A stretch of 64,000 nt of DNA from Eutreptiella sp. 'Long Island Sound 2002' (lineage: Eukaryota > Protista > Euglenida). The notes below the pieces were generated by a model, which searched no databases, had not been told where the DNA came from, and saw only the letters and a list, made by a program, of their open reading frames with translations. Location of the stretch: contig OZ038379.1 of assembly GCA_964036045.1 (NCBI GenBank), positions 24,242,001-24,306,000 of the forward strand, read 5' to 3'. Below, in pieces: positions 35,163-47,900 of the stretch; the first letter of the stretch is position 1; each line of letters opens with the position of its first letter. The position numbers and the translations under genes are program-made.

Positions 35163-38100
35163 AATCAGAAGTGGCTGCCTCACCCGTTCCTTCGCAGAGC
35201 GGGGGACTAAATCAGAAGTGGCCCACAAATGGGCAAGGTGGTTACTTAACCCCTGCCGTCTCGGGGAGCCCCACCGCATCAGAGCGGGGGACTAAATCAG
35301 AAGTGGATGCCTCACCCGTTCCTTCTCAGAGCGGGGGACTAAATCAGAAGTGGCCCACAAGTGGGCAAGGTGGTTACTTAACCCCTGCCGTCTCGGGGAG
35401 CCCCACCGCATCAGAGCGGGGGACTAAATCAGAAGTGGCCCACAAATGGGCAAGGTGGCTACTTAACCCCTGCCGTCTCGGGGAGCCCCACCGCATTGGA
35501 GCGGGGGACTAAATCAGAAGTGGCTACTTAACCCCTGCCGTCTCGGGGAGCCCCACCGCATCAGAGCGGGGGACTAAATCAGAAGTGGCTACTTAAACCC
35601 TGCCGTCTCGGGGAGCCCCACCGCATAAGAGCGGGGGGCAAAATCAGAAGTGGCTACTTAGCCCCTGCCGTCTCGGGGAGCCCCACCGCATTAGAGCGGG
35701 GGACTAAATCAAAAGTGGCTACTTAACCCCTGCCGTCTCGGGGAGCCGGACTAAATCAGAAGTGGCTACTTAACCCCTGCCGTCTCGGGAAGCCGGACTA
35801 AAACAGAAGTGGCCACTTGACCCCTGCCGTCTCGGGGAGCCCCACCGCATCAGAGCGGGGGACTAAATCAGAAGTGGCTACTTAACCCTTGCCGTCTCGG
35901 GGAGCCCCACCACATAAGAGCGGGGGACTAATTCAGAAGTGGCTACTTAACCCTTGCCGTCTTGGGGAGCCCCACCGCATTAGAGCGGGGGACTAAATCA
36001 GAAGTGGCTACTTAACCCCTGCCGTCTCGGGGAGCCCCACCGCATCACAGCGGGGGACTAAATCAGAAGTGGCTACTTAACCCTTGCCGTCTCGGAGAGC
36101 CCCACCGCATCAGAGCGGGGGACTAAATCAGAAGTGGCTACTTAGCCCCTGCCGTCTCGGGAAGCCGGACTAAAACAGAAGTGGCCACTTGACCCCTGCC
36201 GTCTCGGGGAGCCCCACCGCATCAGAGCGGGGGACTAAATCAGAAGTGGCTACTTAACCCTTGCCGTCTCGGGGAGCCCCACCACATAAGAGCGGGGGAC
36301 TAATTCAGAAGTGGCTACTTAACCCTTGCCGTCTTGGGGAGCCCCACCGCATCAGAGCGGGGGACTAAATCAAAAGTGGCTACTTAACCCCTGCCGTCTC
36401 GGGGAGCCCCACCGCATCAGAGCGGGGGACTAAATCAGAAGTGGCTACTTAGCCCCTGCCGTCTCGGGGAGCCCCACCGCATCAGAGCGGGGGGCAAAAT
36501 CAGAAGTGGCTACTTAGCCCCTGCCGTCGCGGGGAGCCCCACCGCATTAGAGCGGGGGACTAAATCAAAAGTGGCTACTTAACCCCTGCCGTCTCGGGGA
36601 GCCGGACTAAATCAGAAGTGGCTACTTAACCCCTGCCGTCGCGGGGAGCCGGACTAAAACAGAAGTGGCTACTTAACCCCTGCCGTCTCGGGGAGCCCCA
36701 CCGCATCAGAGCGGGGGACTAAATCAGAAGTGGCTACTTAACCCTTGCCGTCTCGGAGAGCCCCACCGCATCAGAGCGGGGGACTAAATCAGAAGTGGCT
36801 ACTTAGCCCCTGCCGTCTCGGGGAGCCCCACCGCATTAGAGCGGGGGACTAAATCAAAAGTGGCTACTTAACCCCTGCCGTCTCGGGGAGCCGGACTAAA
36901 TCAGAAGTGGCTACTTAACCTATGCCGTCGCGGGGAGCCGGACTAAAACAGAAGTGGCTACCTAACCCCTGCCGCCTCGGGGAGCCCCACCGCATCAGAG
37001 CGGGGGACTAAATCCGAAGTGGCTACTTAACCCCTGCCGTCTTGGGGAGCCCCACCGCATCAGAGCGGGGGACTAAATCCGAAGTGGCTACTTAACCCCT
37101 GCCGTCTCGGGGAGCCCCACCCCATAAGAGCGGGGGACTAAATCAGAAGTGGCTACTTAAACCTTGCTGTCTCGGGGAGCCCCACCGCATCAGAGCGGGG
37201 GGCAAAATCAGAAGTGGCTACTTAACCCCTGCCGTCGCGGGGAGCCCGACTAAATCAGAAGTGGCTACTTAACCCCTGCCGTCTCAGGGAGCCCCACCGC
37301 ATAAGAGCGGGGGACTAAATCAGAAGTGGCTACTTAACCCCTGCCGTCTCGGGGAGCCCCACCGCATCAGAGCGGGGGGCAAAATCAGAAGTGGCTACTT
37401 AACCCCTGCCGTCTCGGGGAGCCGGACTAAATCAGAAGTGGCTACTTAACCCCTGCCGTCTCAGGGAGCCCCACCGCTTCAGAGCGGGGGACTAAATCAG
37501 AAGTGGCCCACAAATGGGCAAGGTGGCTACATAACCCCTGCCGTCTCGGGGAGCCCCTCCGCATCAGAGCGGGGGACTAAATCAGAAGTGGCTGCCTCAC
37601 CCGTTCTTTCTCAGAGCGGGGGACTAAATTTGAAGTGGCCCACAAGTGGGCAAGGTGGCTACTTAACCCCTGCCGTCTCGGGGAGCCCCACCGCATCAGA
37701 GCGGGGGACTAAATCAGAAGTGGCCCACAAGTGGGCAAGGTGGCTACATAACCCCTGCCGTCTCGGGGAGCCCCACCGCATCAGAGCGGGGGACTAAATC
37801 AGAAGTGGCTGCCTCAACCGTTCCTTCTCAGATCAGGGGACTAAATCAGAAGTGGCCCACAAATGGGCAAGGTGGCTACTTAACCCCTGCCGTCTCGGGG
37901 AGCCCCTCCGCATCAGAGCGGGGGACTAAATCAGAAGTGGCTGCCTCACCCGTTCCTTCTCAGAGCGGGGGACTAAATTTGAAGTGGCCCACAAATGGGC
38001 AAGGTGGCTACTTAACCCCTGCCGTCTCGGGGAGCCCCACCGCATCAGAGCGGGGGACTAAATCAGAAGTGGCCCACAAGTGGGCAAGGTGGCTACATAA

Positions 38101-39385
38101 CCCCTGCCGTCTCGGGGAGCCCCACCGCATCAGAGCGGGGGACTAAATCAGAAGTGGCTGCCTCAACCGTTCCTTCTCAGATCAGGGGACTAAATCAGAA
38201 GTGGCCCACAAATGGGCAAGGTGGCTACTTAACCCCTGCCGTCTCGGGGAGCCCCTCCGCATCAGAGCGGGGGACTAAATCAGAAGTGGCCCACAAGTGG
38301 GCAAGGTGGCTACTTAACCCCTGCCGTCTCGGGGAGCCCCTCCGCATCAAAGCGGGGGACTAAATCAGAAGTGGCCCACAAGTGGGCAAGGTGGCTACTT
38401 AACCCCTGCCGTCTCGGGGAGCCCCACCGCATCAGAGCGGGGGACTAAATCAGAAGTGGCCCACAAGTGGGCAAGGTGGCTACATAACCCCTGCCGTCTC
38501 GGGGAGCCCCACCGCATAAGAGCGGGGGACTAAATCAGAAGTGGCCCACAAATGGGCAAGGTGGCTACTTAACCCCTGCCGTCTCGGGGAGCCCCTCCGC
38601 ATCAGAGCGGGGGACTAAATCAGAAGTGGCTACTTAGCCCCTGCCGTCTCGGGGAGCCCCACCGCATAAGAGCGGGGGACTAAATCAGAAGTGGCTACTT
38701 AACCCTTGCCGTCTCGGGGAGCCCCACCGCATCAGAGCGGGGGACTAAATCAGAAGTGGCTACTTAACCCCTGCCGTCTTGGGGAGCCCCACCGCATCAG
38801 AGCGGGGGACTAAATCAGAAGTGGCCCACAAATGGGCAAGGTGGCTACTTAACCCCTGCCGTCTCGGGGAGCCCCTCCGCATCAAAGCGGGGGACTAAAT
38901 CAGAAGTGGCCCACAAGTGGGCAAGGTGGCTACTTAACCCCTGCCGTCTCGGGGAGCCCCACCGCATCAGAGCGGGGGACTAAATCAGAAGTGGCCCACA
39001 AGTGGGCAAGGTGGCTACATAACCCCTGCCGTCTCGGGGAGCCCCACCGCATAAGAGCGGGGGACTAAATCAGAAGTGGCCCACAAATGGGCAAGGTGGC
39101 TACTTAACCCCTGCCGTCTCGGGGAGCCCCTCCGCATCAGAGCGGGGGACTAAATCAGAAGTGGCTACTTAGCCCCTGCCGTCTCGGGGAGCCCCACCGC
39201 ATAAGAGCGGGGGACTAAATCAGAAGTGGCTACTTAACCCTTGCCGTCTCGGGGAGCCCCACCGCATCAGAGCGGGGGACTAAATCAGAAGTGGCTACTT
39301 AACCCCTGCCGTCTCGGGGAGCCCCTCCGCCTCAGAGTGGGGGGCAGAATCAGAAGTGGCCCAGAAGTGGGCAAGGTGGCTACAT
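35163..39385 (+). repeat. 4.2-kb modular tandem satellite with core AATCAGAAGTGGC...TACTTAACCCCTGCCGTCTCGGGGAGCCC...GCGGGGGACTA
   Basis: Monomers of 65 bp (35521 to 35586), 85 bp (38281 to 38366) and two 47-bp types. Higher-order periods are 372, 349 and 535 bp. Confidence 0.98.
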
Positions 39386-39394
39386 ATCCTTTTT

Positions 39395-39590
39395 GTGCTT
39401 TTCAGCCATTTTTGAATTCTCCACAAAATTCTGAGTATTTTGAGTATAGACACATAGGGTCGAACAAAAAAATTCCCCCCCGCCGTATGCCTAAAACAAA
39501 ATCTGCGGTGCCTCCGGCGCCGACAAAGCACACTGTTCCGTGCGACAATTTTGGGGTCCGTAGAGGGGGGGGGGTGCCCCCCCCCTTTTG
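39395..39590 (+). repeat. Dispersed repeat, related copy at 41040-41245
   Basis: Shared TTGAATTCTCC.CAAAAT..TGAGTATTTTGAGTATAGAC...GCCGTATGCCTAAAACAAA...GGGGTCCGTAGAG followed by a G/C run. Confidence 0.8.
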
Positions 39591-42500
39591 GGGTCGGGTC
39601 CCGGCCAGGGCCGGCCCCCGTGATTATTGGGGAAAGTGCATCATGCCCAAGGTTTCATCCGGGTTTTGGGTCATCATTTGTTGCCACATGTGTATCATTA
39701 GACAAACAAGATGAAGTTGTTGTCATTGTTTTGGTGGTGTGGTGGATGTTTGGGCCATATTCGAACTACTAGCTAGTTTTCCACTACACATGTTTTTTTG
39801 GGCGGAGAGGGGGTGGTTGTCACTTGTCTCTTGATCATGCTCCATATTGTACCCTATTTGTTGGTCTACTTGGCATATTTGTCGCGCGCTTGGCGGATGT
39901 GAATACCGCTGTTGTGACATAGGGTTGCATCCTGTGTGGCACCAAGTGTCGCCATTCACTGTAGCCAATTGAAGAGAGAGGGGCACGGTGTCGTTGGACA
40001 TTGTGTTCTCTGTAGGTACGGCAGTCGGTACATTGGCTGCAGACCAGTACCTAGGACCAGATTGTGCATGTAGTGCGATTCTTCTTCCGGACCGAAAGGC
40101 GCCTGTGGACCACCACTAATGAGGATTTTCTTGTGCTGACATGTGCTTGCCTCTGTGACTGGCACACCACATGACTCTGTACGGGGGTCAACATGAATGG
40201 CATGTAAGCGTAAGACCACCCACGTACCGGGCCATGTGCATTGCCAACGTAACAACCCTGTCTGGTATTTGCGGCGCCACAAGCTGGCACAATCTGGCCT
40301 TAGTGCATGTTTTCCGGCCACTGGAGATAGGGTGGCTGGGAATTTCACCAGTGGCTTTGACCATCCTAGAGGGCGTTTTGTCCACATACCTCCGCTATGT
40401 AGATCATCGCAATCCGGTTGCGCATCGGTTCACATGACGCGATCTTTTCACAGCCGAGTGGCGCATGCATCCCGAAACCCTCTTTCACATAGGGGCTTAA
40501 GTTTTATTATACGTCGTCCGACACAAACCATGACTACACACTTGCTTAGTTGCATTTTCTTGGTGTCACCTTTTTTTATGCATGTTATGGCGAGCGTTTC
40601 CCACCCATTGCAAGTTAGCCATATCCAATTGTGGATGGATCAAGGGTATCATACGGTGGCACAAGCAAAGCGTCCTTGGATTCTTGGGTATGGCGTGCCC
40701 CCAATGTCCCATGTTGGCCCATTGTGGTCCCAATTAATGCACTTAGGCCGACATTGATTGGCCTTCCCCACAATGTAGGGTTTGTTAGTGACTGGTTGCG
40801 GTACCCAGACCATAGGTGTGGTGGGGTGTGTGATAGCGCGGTTGTCCCCATGTCATTGGACCATAGGGAGGTTGGTGGGTACCCCAGCATACATACTTGA
40901 AAATAATCCTCATGATGCACTGATCAATTTGAACGTACACAAAGGGCGTAAACATTTCTTGCAAACGAATTGCCCTGTGGCTTACTGGGACTCTCATTGG
41001 CCAAAGTCCAATGTAGAGGTTGGGGGGGGGGGGGGGGGCAACTTTTTGTATTTTTCTAGCCTTCTTGAATTCTTGAATTCTCCCCAAAATCTTGAGTATT
41101 TTGAGTATAGACAAATGCGGTAAATGGAAAAAGATTCCCCCTTGCCGTATGCCTAAAACAAATTTCCCAGGGCCCGCGGCAGCAACAAAGTTTAGCAATC
41201 GGAACTATAGTCCGGGGTCCGTAGAGCCCCCCCCCCCCCGCCCCCTGGGGTCAAGTCCTAACCGAGAGTCGTTTGCTGCAGAGGTCTATACGGCTATATA
41301 TGGAGTTAATAATGTGATCGTGTGATGGTTTGATCGTTAGTGTGATGGTTTTGTGTGGTGTGCTCACAACATGGGCTCCCCTCCCAATAGAGATTCAAAG
41401 GCCTTGCGTCTTGGTATTCTAGTGTCTCAAAAAGCCACGAGAAGCCCAATCTCGTCCCAATCTCGTCTGTTTGGCCACCTCGTCCACGGCCCGGAGCCCT
41501 AACTCTAAACACGTGCCTCACTAATGTGAATACAAGTGGTCAGGGGGCTGAAGCCCTACCACCAAACACAGACAATCACAAAACAAGTTGTAGGCAGTTG
41601 GTGGATGTTTAGAGGCCCGCCCTTATGTGTGTGGTGTCCAGCGATATGATCTGGGTGGTTTTTTTGGAAGAGGCGGTTTGCAGAGTGTATAATGATCAAC
41701 AAGGCATAACCTAAGCTCATACTCTCGCTCCTCTGCAATTTTACGCTTCGATTATTATTCGAGGTCACATCATGTGGGGATTACACTTATTTTGTGTCTC
41801 ATTGTGACCATCTCTGTTTCTTGGTGAGCGTTGTCCTTACGATTTTTGCTATTGACCTCCGTTGGCCCATCATTTGTTGGACAATTGATTGTTTAGAGGG
41901 CTGTTTAGGTTATCTTGCCACAGTGGAGGTTTAGGGCTGCCATGTTGTGGGGCATTTTGATCAACTCATGAGTTGAATGGCCAGGCCTTATGGTAACCGA
42001 TGTCGGTGACTGTGTTTGTGCCATTTCCTCGTTTAGTGTAAGTTGGGATCAATCACATTTGCAGGTCTGTCATCTGCATAGCGTTGGTGGTACCAAGTCC
42101 TGCCATTGGTGGTGCCAAGTCCAATCTCCAACACTCGACCATCAATGTTTGGCCCGCTGCTTGCCCTACTCAGTGGTAGTTTGAAAGAGCATAGTCAGGT
42201 GCCAAGTCCCCCAATATTGATACTCCAGGGTCCACCAAATCATGCCACACAACTCACACGGCTCATATGGGGCCACTGTATCCAACACCTGTGCGTGCAG
42301 AAGAACCTGAATTTTTTTACTGAATTGAGCACATACCGATAAGTGATATAGGAAGTGACGATAGACGGCAACTGGCTGGCCAACTGGCCAGAACTGCTTT
42401 TTTTAACACGTGTGTGCGGTGTGACACGCAAAACATTTTGCGTTTTCGCTAGTAGCTGGTAGCGAACTTGGGTGGATCCGGCTAGCTTAGAAATGGAGGA

Positions 42501-43296
42501 AAAAGTTTTTTTGAAATTATGGGTCAAGCTGGGATGGTCCCCCCGATATACCCAAATAGTGCCAAAATGGCACTTGGCTGGCCAACTGGCCGGAGGTTAT
42601 TTTTTCAACACACGTCTGTGTAGTTGTGCCCACCGGATGCATCAGTTGTGCTTTGCAGAGCGTGCCATCCTAGTGTTTGGACCATCAGGCCACAGTGTTA
42701 CAAAATCGCAATCTTGTTTCTGCAACAGGCTGAGGGATGGCACTGCTCAATACCGCAATGGAAGTGCTCAAAACAGAGATTATGGGTATGTGTTGCGTTA
42801 CAGCGTTCATCAAATCATCATGTTTGTTGTTGATGTAATGTGGCTCGAACAATAAGAGGGCTAAGAGATCTGGCATGCAATGACCCTCACGCGCTTCTTT
42901 TTACTTGAATGCTGGCTTGCCCAGGTGTTTTGGTGTATCTGTATGTTGAAGTGGTTTTCCCCACTCTATTGTCTATGTATTTTGGTCTGTTCAGGTTGTA
43001 TGCCAGATCATCGGATCGGAGTGACAGTATGTCTTGCTCCATGCCACTGGCAAGTGTGCACAACTAGCCCTCAAGCTTACAGGAAGGCGAGATAGGAGAT
43101 GAAGCGGCATGGCAAGGGTAAGGGTCCAATGATGCATGATATTCAGGAGAGTGTACACGAAAGCAGCTGCCCCCCTCAAGCGGTACTCCAGGGGAGGGGG
43201 TTCCAAGGTGACCGAAATCCCCAATTTGAGAACCAGGTAGCAGTTGCGCCTGTGGGACCAGCAATTCCCAGTTTGAGGACTGCCTGCAAATGGTTA

Positions 43297-43903
43297 CCCC
43301 CCCCCCCCCGGTGCCTAGGAACCGCCTTGCACAAGAACCGCCCCCTGGTTCCGCGGTCAAATTCTCGCACCACTTTTTTTTAGCACGGTATTGGGTTTTT
43401 CATGGTTCTGGTGGATGCAGGACAGCTATTCAGGTGTGCAGGACAACATTTCATGTGTGTTGCTACGGGTCCCCCCATCAGGGGGGACCTATCAGTCAGT
43501 CACAGGTGCACATACCCCCTAAACCCCTCCCCCCTGCTCTTGACCCCTGCCCCGAAGCAACCAGCCCCTGACAAGGAAGCGAACAAAAGTCAGCTAAACA
43601 GCCGAACCAGTTGAACATTAGATCATTCCATGCACGTTGGAAGGCACACTACAGCCCAGTCAGCTGAGATTCACTCCTTTGGTGTTCATTTGTCAATGTG
43701 GTTAACTGTGGGAAAGGAGAGGGCACGCATGCCCTGGCGCAATGCACCGGAAATTTTTTTTTCTGCGGTACAGGGCTGCCCACGGTCATGCACAAGAACC
43801 AACCCCTGGTTCCGCGGTCGAATTTTGGGGGGAAAGCGTGCGCAAGAACCGCCCCCTGGTTCCGCGCTCAAACATTGCTGGTTCCTGGGCACGGGGGGGG
43901 GGG
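43297..43903. mobile_element. ~607-bp MITE with TA target duplication and poly-C-initiated TIRs (Tc1/mariner/pogo type)
   Basis: TA|C13-GGTGCCTAGGAACC ... GGTTCCTGGGCAC-G11|TA. Three internal CAAGAACC(G/A)(C/A)CCCCTGGTTCCGCG motifs at 43329, 43790 and 43840. Confidence 0.65.
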
Positions 43904-44715
43904 TACAATGCAATGCGGAGCTCAGAGCAAGCCACACTTGTACAACAGAACGTGATTCGCAGGCCATTCCCAAATTGCGAATTTTTTTTTGCCCCGGGAC
44001 GAAACAGGGAGGGGGTGCGCCTGACAGTCGTTCTCAATTTCCAGGGTTAGTGCCAAAATTCGGGACAATAATCACGAATTTGAGAACGGGGGAGGGGGTT
44101 CCCTATACACACAAATACCCAACTGGATGGTTGTGCAAATTCTCATCATTTGCTTTTAAGAGTTGTTTTGGGGTGCCTGAAATGTCTCCTCTTCCCGTTG
44201 CAGGTGGTGTTTGCTTCGTTTCCCCCCCAGCTGTGTTGCTGCCTGCCATTTGGAGCGTACTCCTCTTCTGCATTCTGCATGTTAAGATTTTGCGTCACAT
44301 AGTCACAGAGTTTCTGCCCCGTTTTTGTTCTTCAGGGAAAATGGTTCCAGTTCCAGCCTTGATTCTTGATCTCCAAAACCCTGATAGATCCAACAACCCG
44401 TCCAAAAACACCATTCTGAGACCAGTGCTGGGCAGGAAAGTACTATCAACCCCCCGGAATTTCATTTTGCATTGCATAGAGCACTGCAAAAATCGCCAAT
44501 CCTGAACAATGGTATCTTCCATCTCCGGAAAGCTAGTTTTTATCAGGATTCTGTGCTTCTGCCAAACCCTGTTTGAAAATTGGATTATGACCCCCCCCTC
44601 CCCCATGAATTGCCCTGGACCAGGGATGAGCTGCTTGCTTCCCGTCCCTGCATCAACAAGACGGAGATATGCAGGAGCCGATAGAGCAGCCGCCCATGCA
44701 CTTTCTACTTTTCAG

Positions 44716-44969
44716 GACCATTCCAGGATTCCATCAGACCCCGGGACGGGTATTCGAAGCCACAAGTGTACGCTCGGCAACCGCCACCTTCCGACGTTTG
44801 GTCTGTGCCGGCGCGAAATCCGAAAGATTGGATTCTGCACGATGACCGAGTAGGGCTGGATGACGTGAAACGCCCGACATACAACACCGGTGAGGACGGC
44901 AGTGACGACGATGTGCAGATCATTGAACCGGAGGAAGACCAAGTGTCGCGATCATCTTCTGTCAGCAGG
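44716..44969 (+). other. Orphan exon-like ORF segment with an acidic SIM-like motif
   Basis: TTTCTACTTTTCAG|...CAG|GTGAAT; translates ...PKDWILHDDRVGLDDVKRPTYNTGEDGSDDDVQIIEPEEDQVSR. Confidence 0.3.
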
Positions 44970-47900
44970 TGAATCTTCCCCATTGGATGCCCTCCCTTCA
45001 ACACACTGGCCTCTCTCATCAGTGGCATCCCCCAGCTTGTTGACTAAGGTATGATGACTGCATACCATCCCAAGCCAGGATTTCTTGCCACCGTGCTGTA
45101 GGGTGATGCTGATGAGCAGAAGGGCATCTCGGCAAGGTCCCCATCGGTGGATGGAACAGGAATGGGATATCTGACTGGCCCTCATCCAAGGGGCAGCTGA
45201 GTTTTTGTTTTTGGGCAGCAAGAGGGATGGGCGGGATTCTGTGAGAACACTGATTGCACCAGCGGAACTACCAATTCCTCTTCCAATGATCCAGGCGAGA
45301 CATGTATGGCGCGATTTTCGTTCGCAAATTTCTGTTCACATTGGGCTTGGATCATTTCCTTGAGACCTCCCTGAAAAAATTAGACGCACAGACAAAATGG
45401 TGCATGTTTGTTCTGCACCTTGGAAAGACGTGGTGCCGCAGGTGTTGTTGTTGGGGAGCTTCTGTGTGGGTTTAGGTTGAGTGTACCCTTCATCCAGCTC
45501 TCCGTGCCCCCTGTTGCATGTGCATGTGCAGGATTTGTAGAATCGGGACTTCTTGAGTCTGACCAGCCCCAGGCGGTTTTGGTCCTGCAAATGGTGTACA
45601 GTGGTGGTCAGACCAGGTGGTGGTTTGAACCGTCGGAGTCCCTTGCATCCTCACCATGCACCGCCCTGCCCTGCCGTGCCATGCCATTTCATCCCAAAAG
45701 TTTGTCCACCACACCCCATGTGATCAATCTGTGTCGTTTTCCGCTGCTTAATCTTGTTGCATCCGCACACTGAAGCTCCGGGTTTTTCCCCTGCAGGTGC
45801 AGCACCTGTGGCGAGCCCATTTCACCATCAAGATCACGCTCTTCCTCTTATGATGCTTCATCATATCGCTCATCACAGTCTCGCTCAGACGTCGGGTCTG
45901 AAGGTTCCGCAGGTTCGGTATCTCGGTCGGGATCGTCAGCTTACAGTCAGTCGTCCGGGTCTTACAGTGAATAGCCCCATCCTTCAAAGTTGCACAAGCT
46001 TTCCACTTATGGGACCATGCCACCTGTAACCCAAAGCGGTTAGGTCTCAGGTTTTGGCTCTGGGTTCAGATCCCTTTCCCCAATTCAAGGATTTTGCTGT
46101 AGTGGTGACCTGCCTTGGTATTGTGGGGGGCCCTCCGCATTTCTCCGCAACTCTCAGCCTCTTCCAACCCTCTCCTGTCCTCACCCTGTCAATTAGGCAT
46201 AACCTGATACAAGCGGGATCCATCCTTACAACCCTGAACCTTCATCACCGCAGGAGCGTCCTCCCGCAAGCAGGCAAGAAATACAGGCCTGCCACAAGGA
46301 GGTATGCTGAACAGTCATGCAGAACCTAGAGCCCCCGGGAATCTGCCTGGGTCTACCCAGATATCCACACAACCACCACGTTGAACTGGCCACATCAGCA
46401 AATGCCGCAGTGCATAGCGATGATCAAGTATTGGAATGTCTTGATTTATGGTGTTGGTTGTGTTGGGACTACTGTTGAATGGCACCAGCGAACAAGGTTT
46501 GGCCTTTCCAAGGCTGTGCATGAAAACTGGGTGGCTGAGCTGCTGTATTTCGAACGTACATATGCCCATCTGTTGACCTGAACTGAGGATCTGGAGCATA
46601 ACGGTACAGAATCCAGCGGATTGTAACGCTTGCTCGGAGCACCTGGTCATGAGGTGGGGTAACATGCTGTGGCATTCCACCAAGGAGGCACTGGGTAGTA
46701 GGGTGGTGCTTGCTCGATGTTGCTGCCACTAGACAAGGCCAACAAAGATCAAAATGCACCAGATAATAATGACAGCATACGGATGTCCCCTGTGCTTCAG
46801 CTGAACGAAGCCACATTCCTTTGGATCCTGAACAGAATGATCCATGTCAGTTGAGGTGATTGAAGAACCCAGCCTAATCTTTTTCCACTTCTGACCACCC
46901 AGGCTTATTCTTCTCTCTGGGGGAATGGGGGCATTTTTTATTTCACTCCAAGCAAGTAGCTGTTTGGTGGCTGGGTGGGCTTGCAACCCACCAACCTCAG
47001 CCGCACACTGAGTATTTCCTTGTGTCGGTTTTGATGTGGTGAATTAAGCCGGCCCAATCTCATAATCCCACCTCCACTTCGGTATTGTCACATTTGAAGT
47101 GGGATGAGTGACGATTGTTACGCAGGTCAGATCCCACAGAGCAGTCTCCTTGGTCCTTCCATAATATCAACTTTCCTTGACAAAGTTTCTCATCTGGGTT
47201 GACCACACCGTCCCACCAGTTTACGTTCTTGGCTCATCATGCCTGTGATTCACCTCATGGTATGCCCCAAGAATGATGAAATCAGGATATTTATCCACAA
47301 GGTTTGAGGTGGAACGGTTCATATTGGGTGGGCTAAGGCTGCGCAAGGCTGCCTTATGAGCATTATGACCCACAGCTGATATTTTCGTCAATCATCAGTT
47401 GTAAGTGACAACAACCCGACAAGCCCATCACATCAATCCATTGTTCTTCTTTTCAGTGTTTCAGCCTCTCTGCAATTTTTCTACGAGTGTTGACCCGGAT
47501 TCTGGTTTCGCTGTGTTGGTCAACCCTCAATGGTTTCAAAACCAGAGCATGGATTGGATGGTGGCTTGGATTGTAGAATATAAGCCCACACGGAGGCAAG
47601 TCTGTGGTTTTGTGTTTGGTCACTGAATGGCATTGTCGGGTAGAAGAAGGTGATTTTATTTGATTTATATTTGGAGAGATTAAATCCAGGAATATTTCTA
47701 AGCACCCTCAAGGTCACATTGGACCCCAGCGGTGAGAGTTCACAGTGGCCTATCCATGTACTCAACCCCAAGGTGGTATCTGTTACAATGAAAAAAGATC
47801 AAAGAAATCTGGTGCCACCCACCAGAAGTGTCCAACCCAATGCCACTGTCACTGCAAGCAGTATAGCATTCGTTCACCGCAAGATGCTCTTTTTGCCCCA

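Noticed and set aside
35163-39385. CRISPR-like array, and the ORFs translated from it (SERGTKSEVAHKWARW...)
   Set aside because: There are no unique spacers, since every segment recurs, and no cas genes. The ORFs are chance read-through of stop-poor repeat units.
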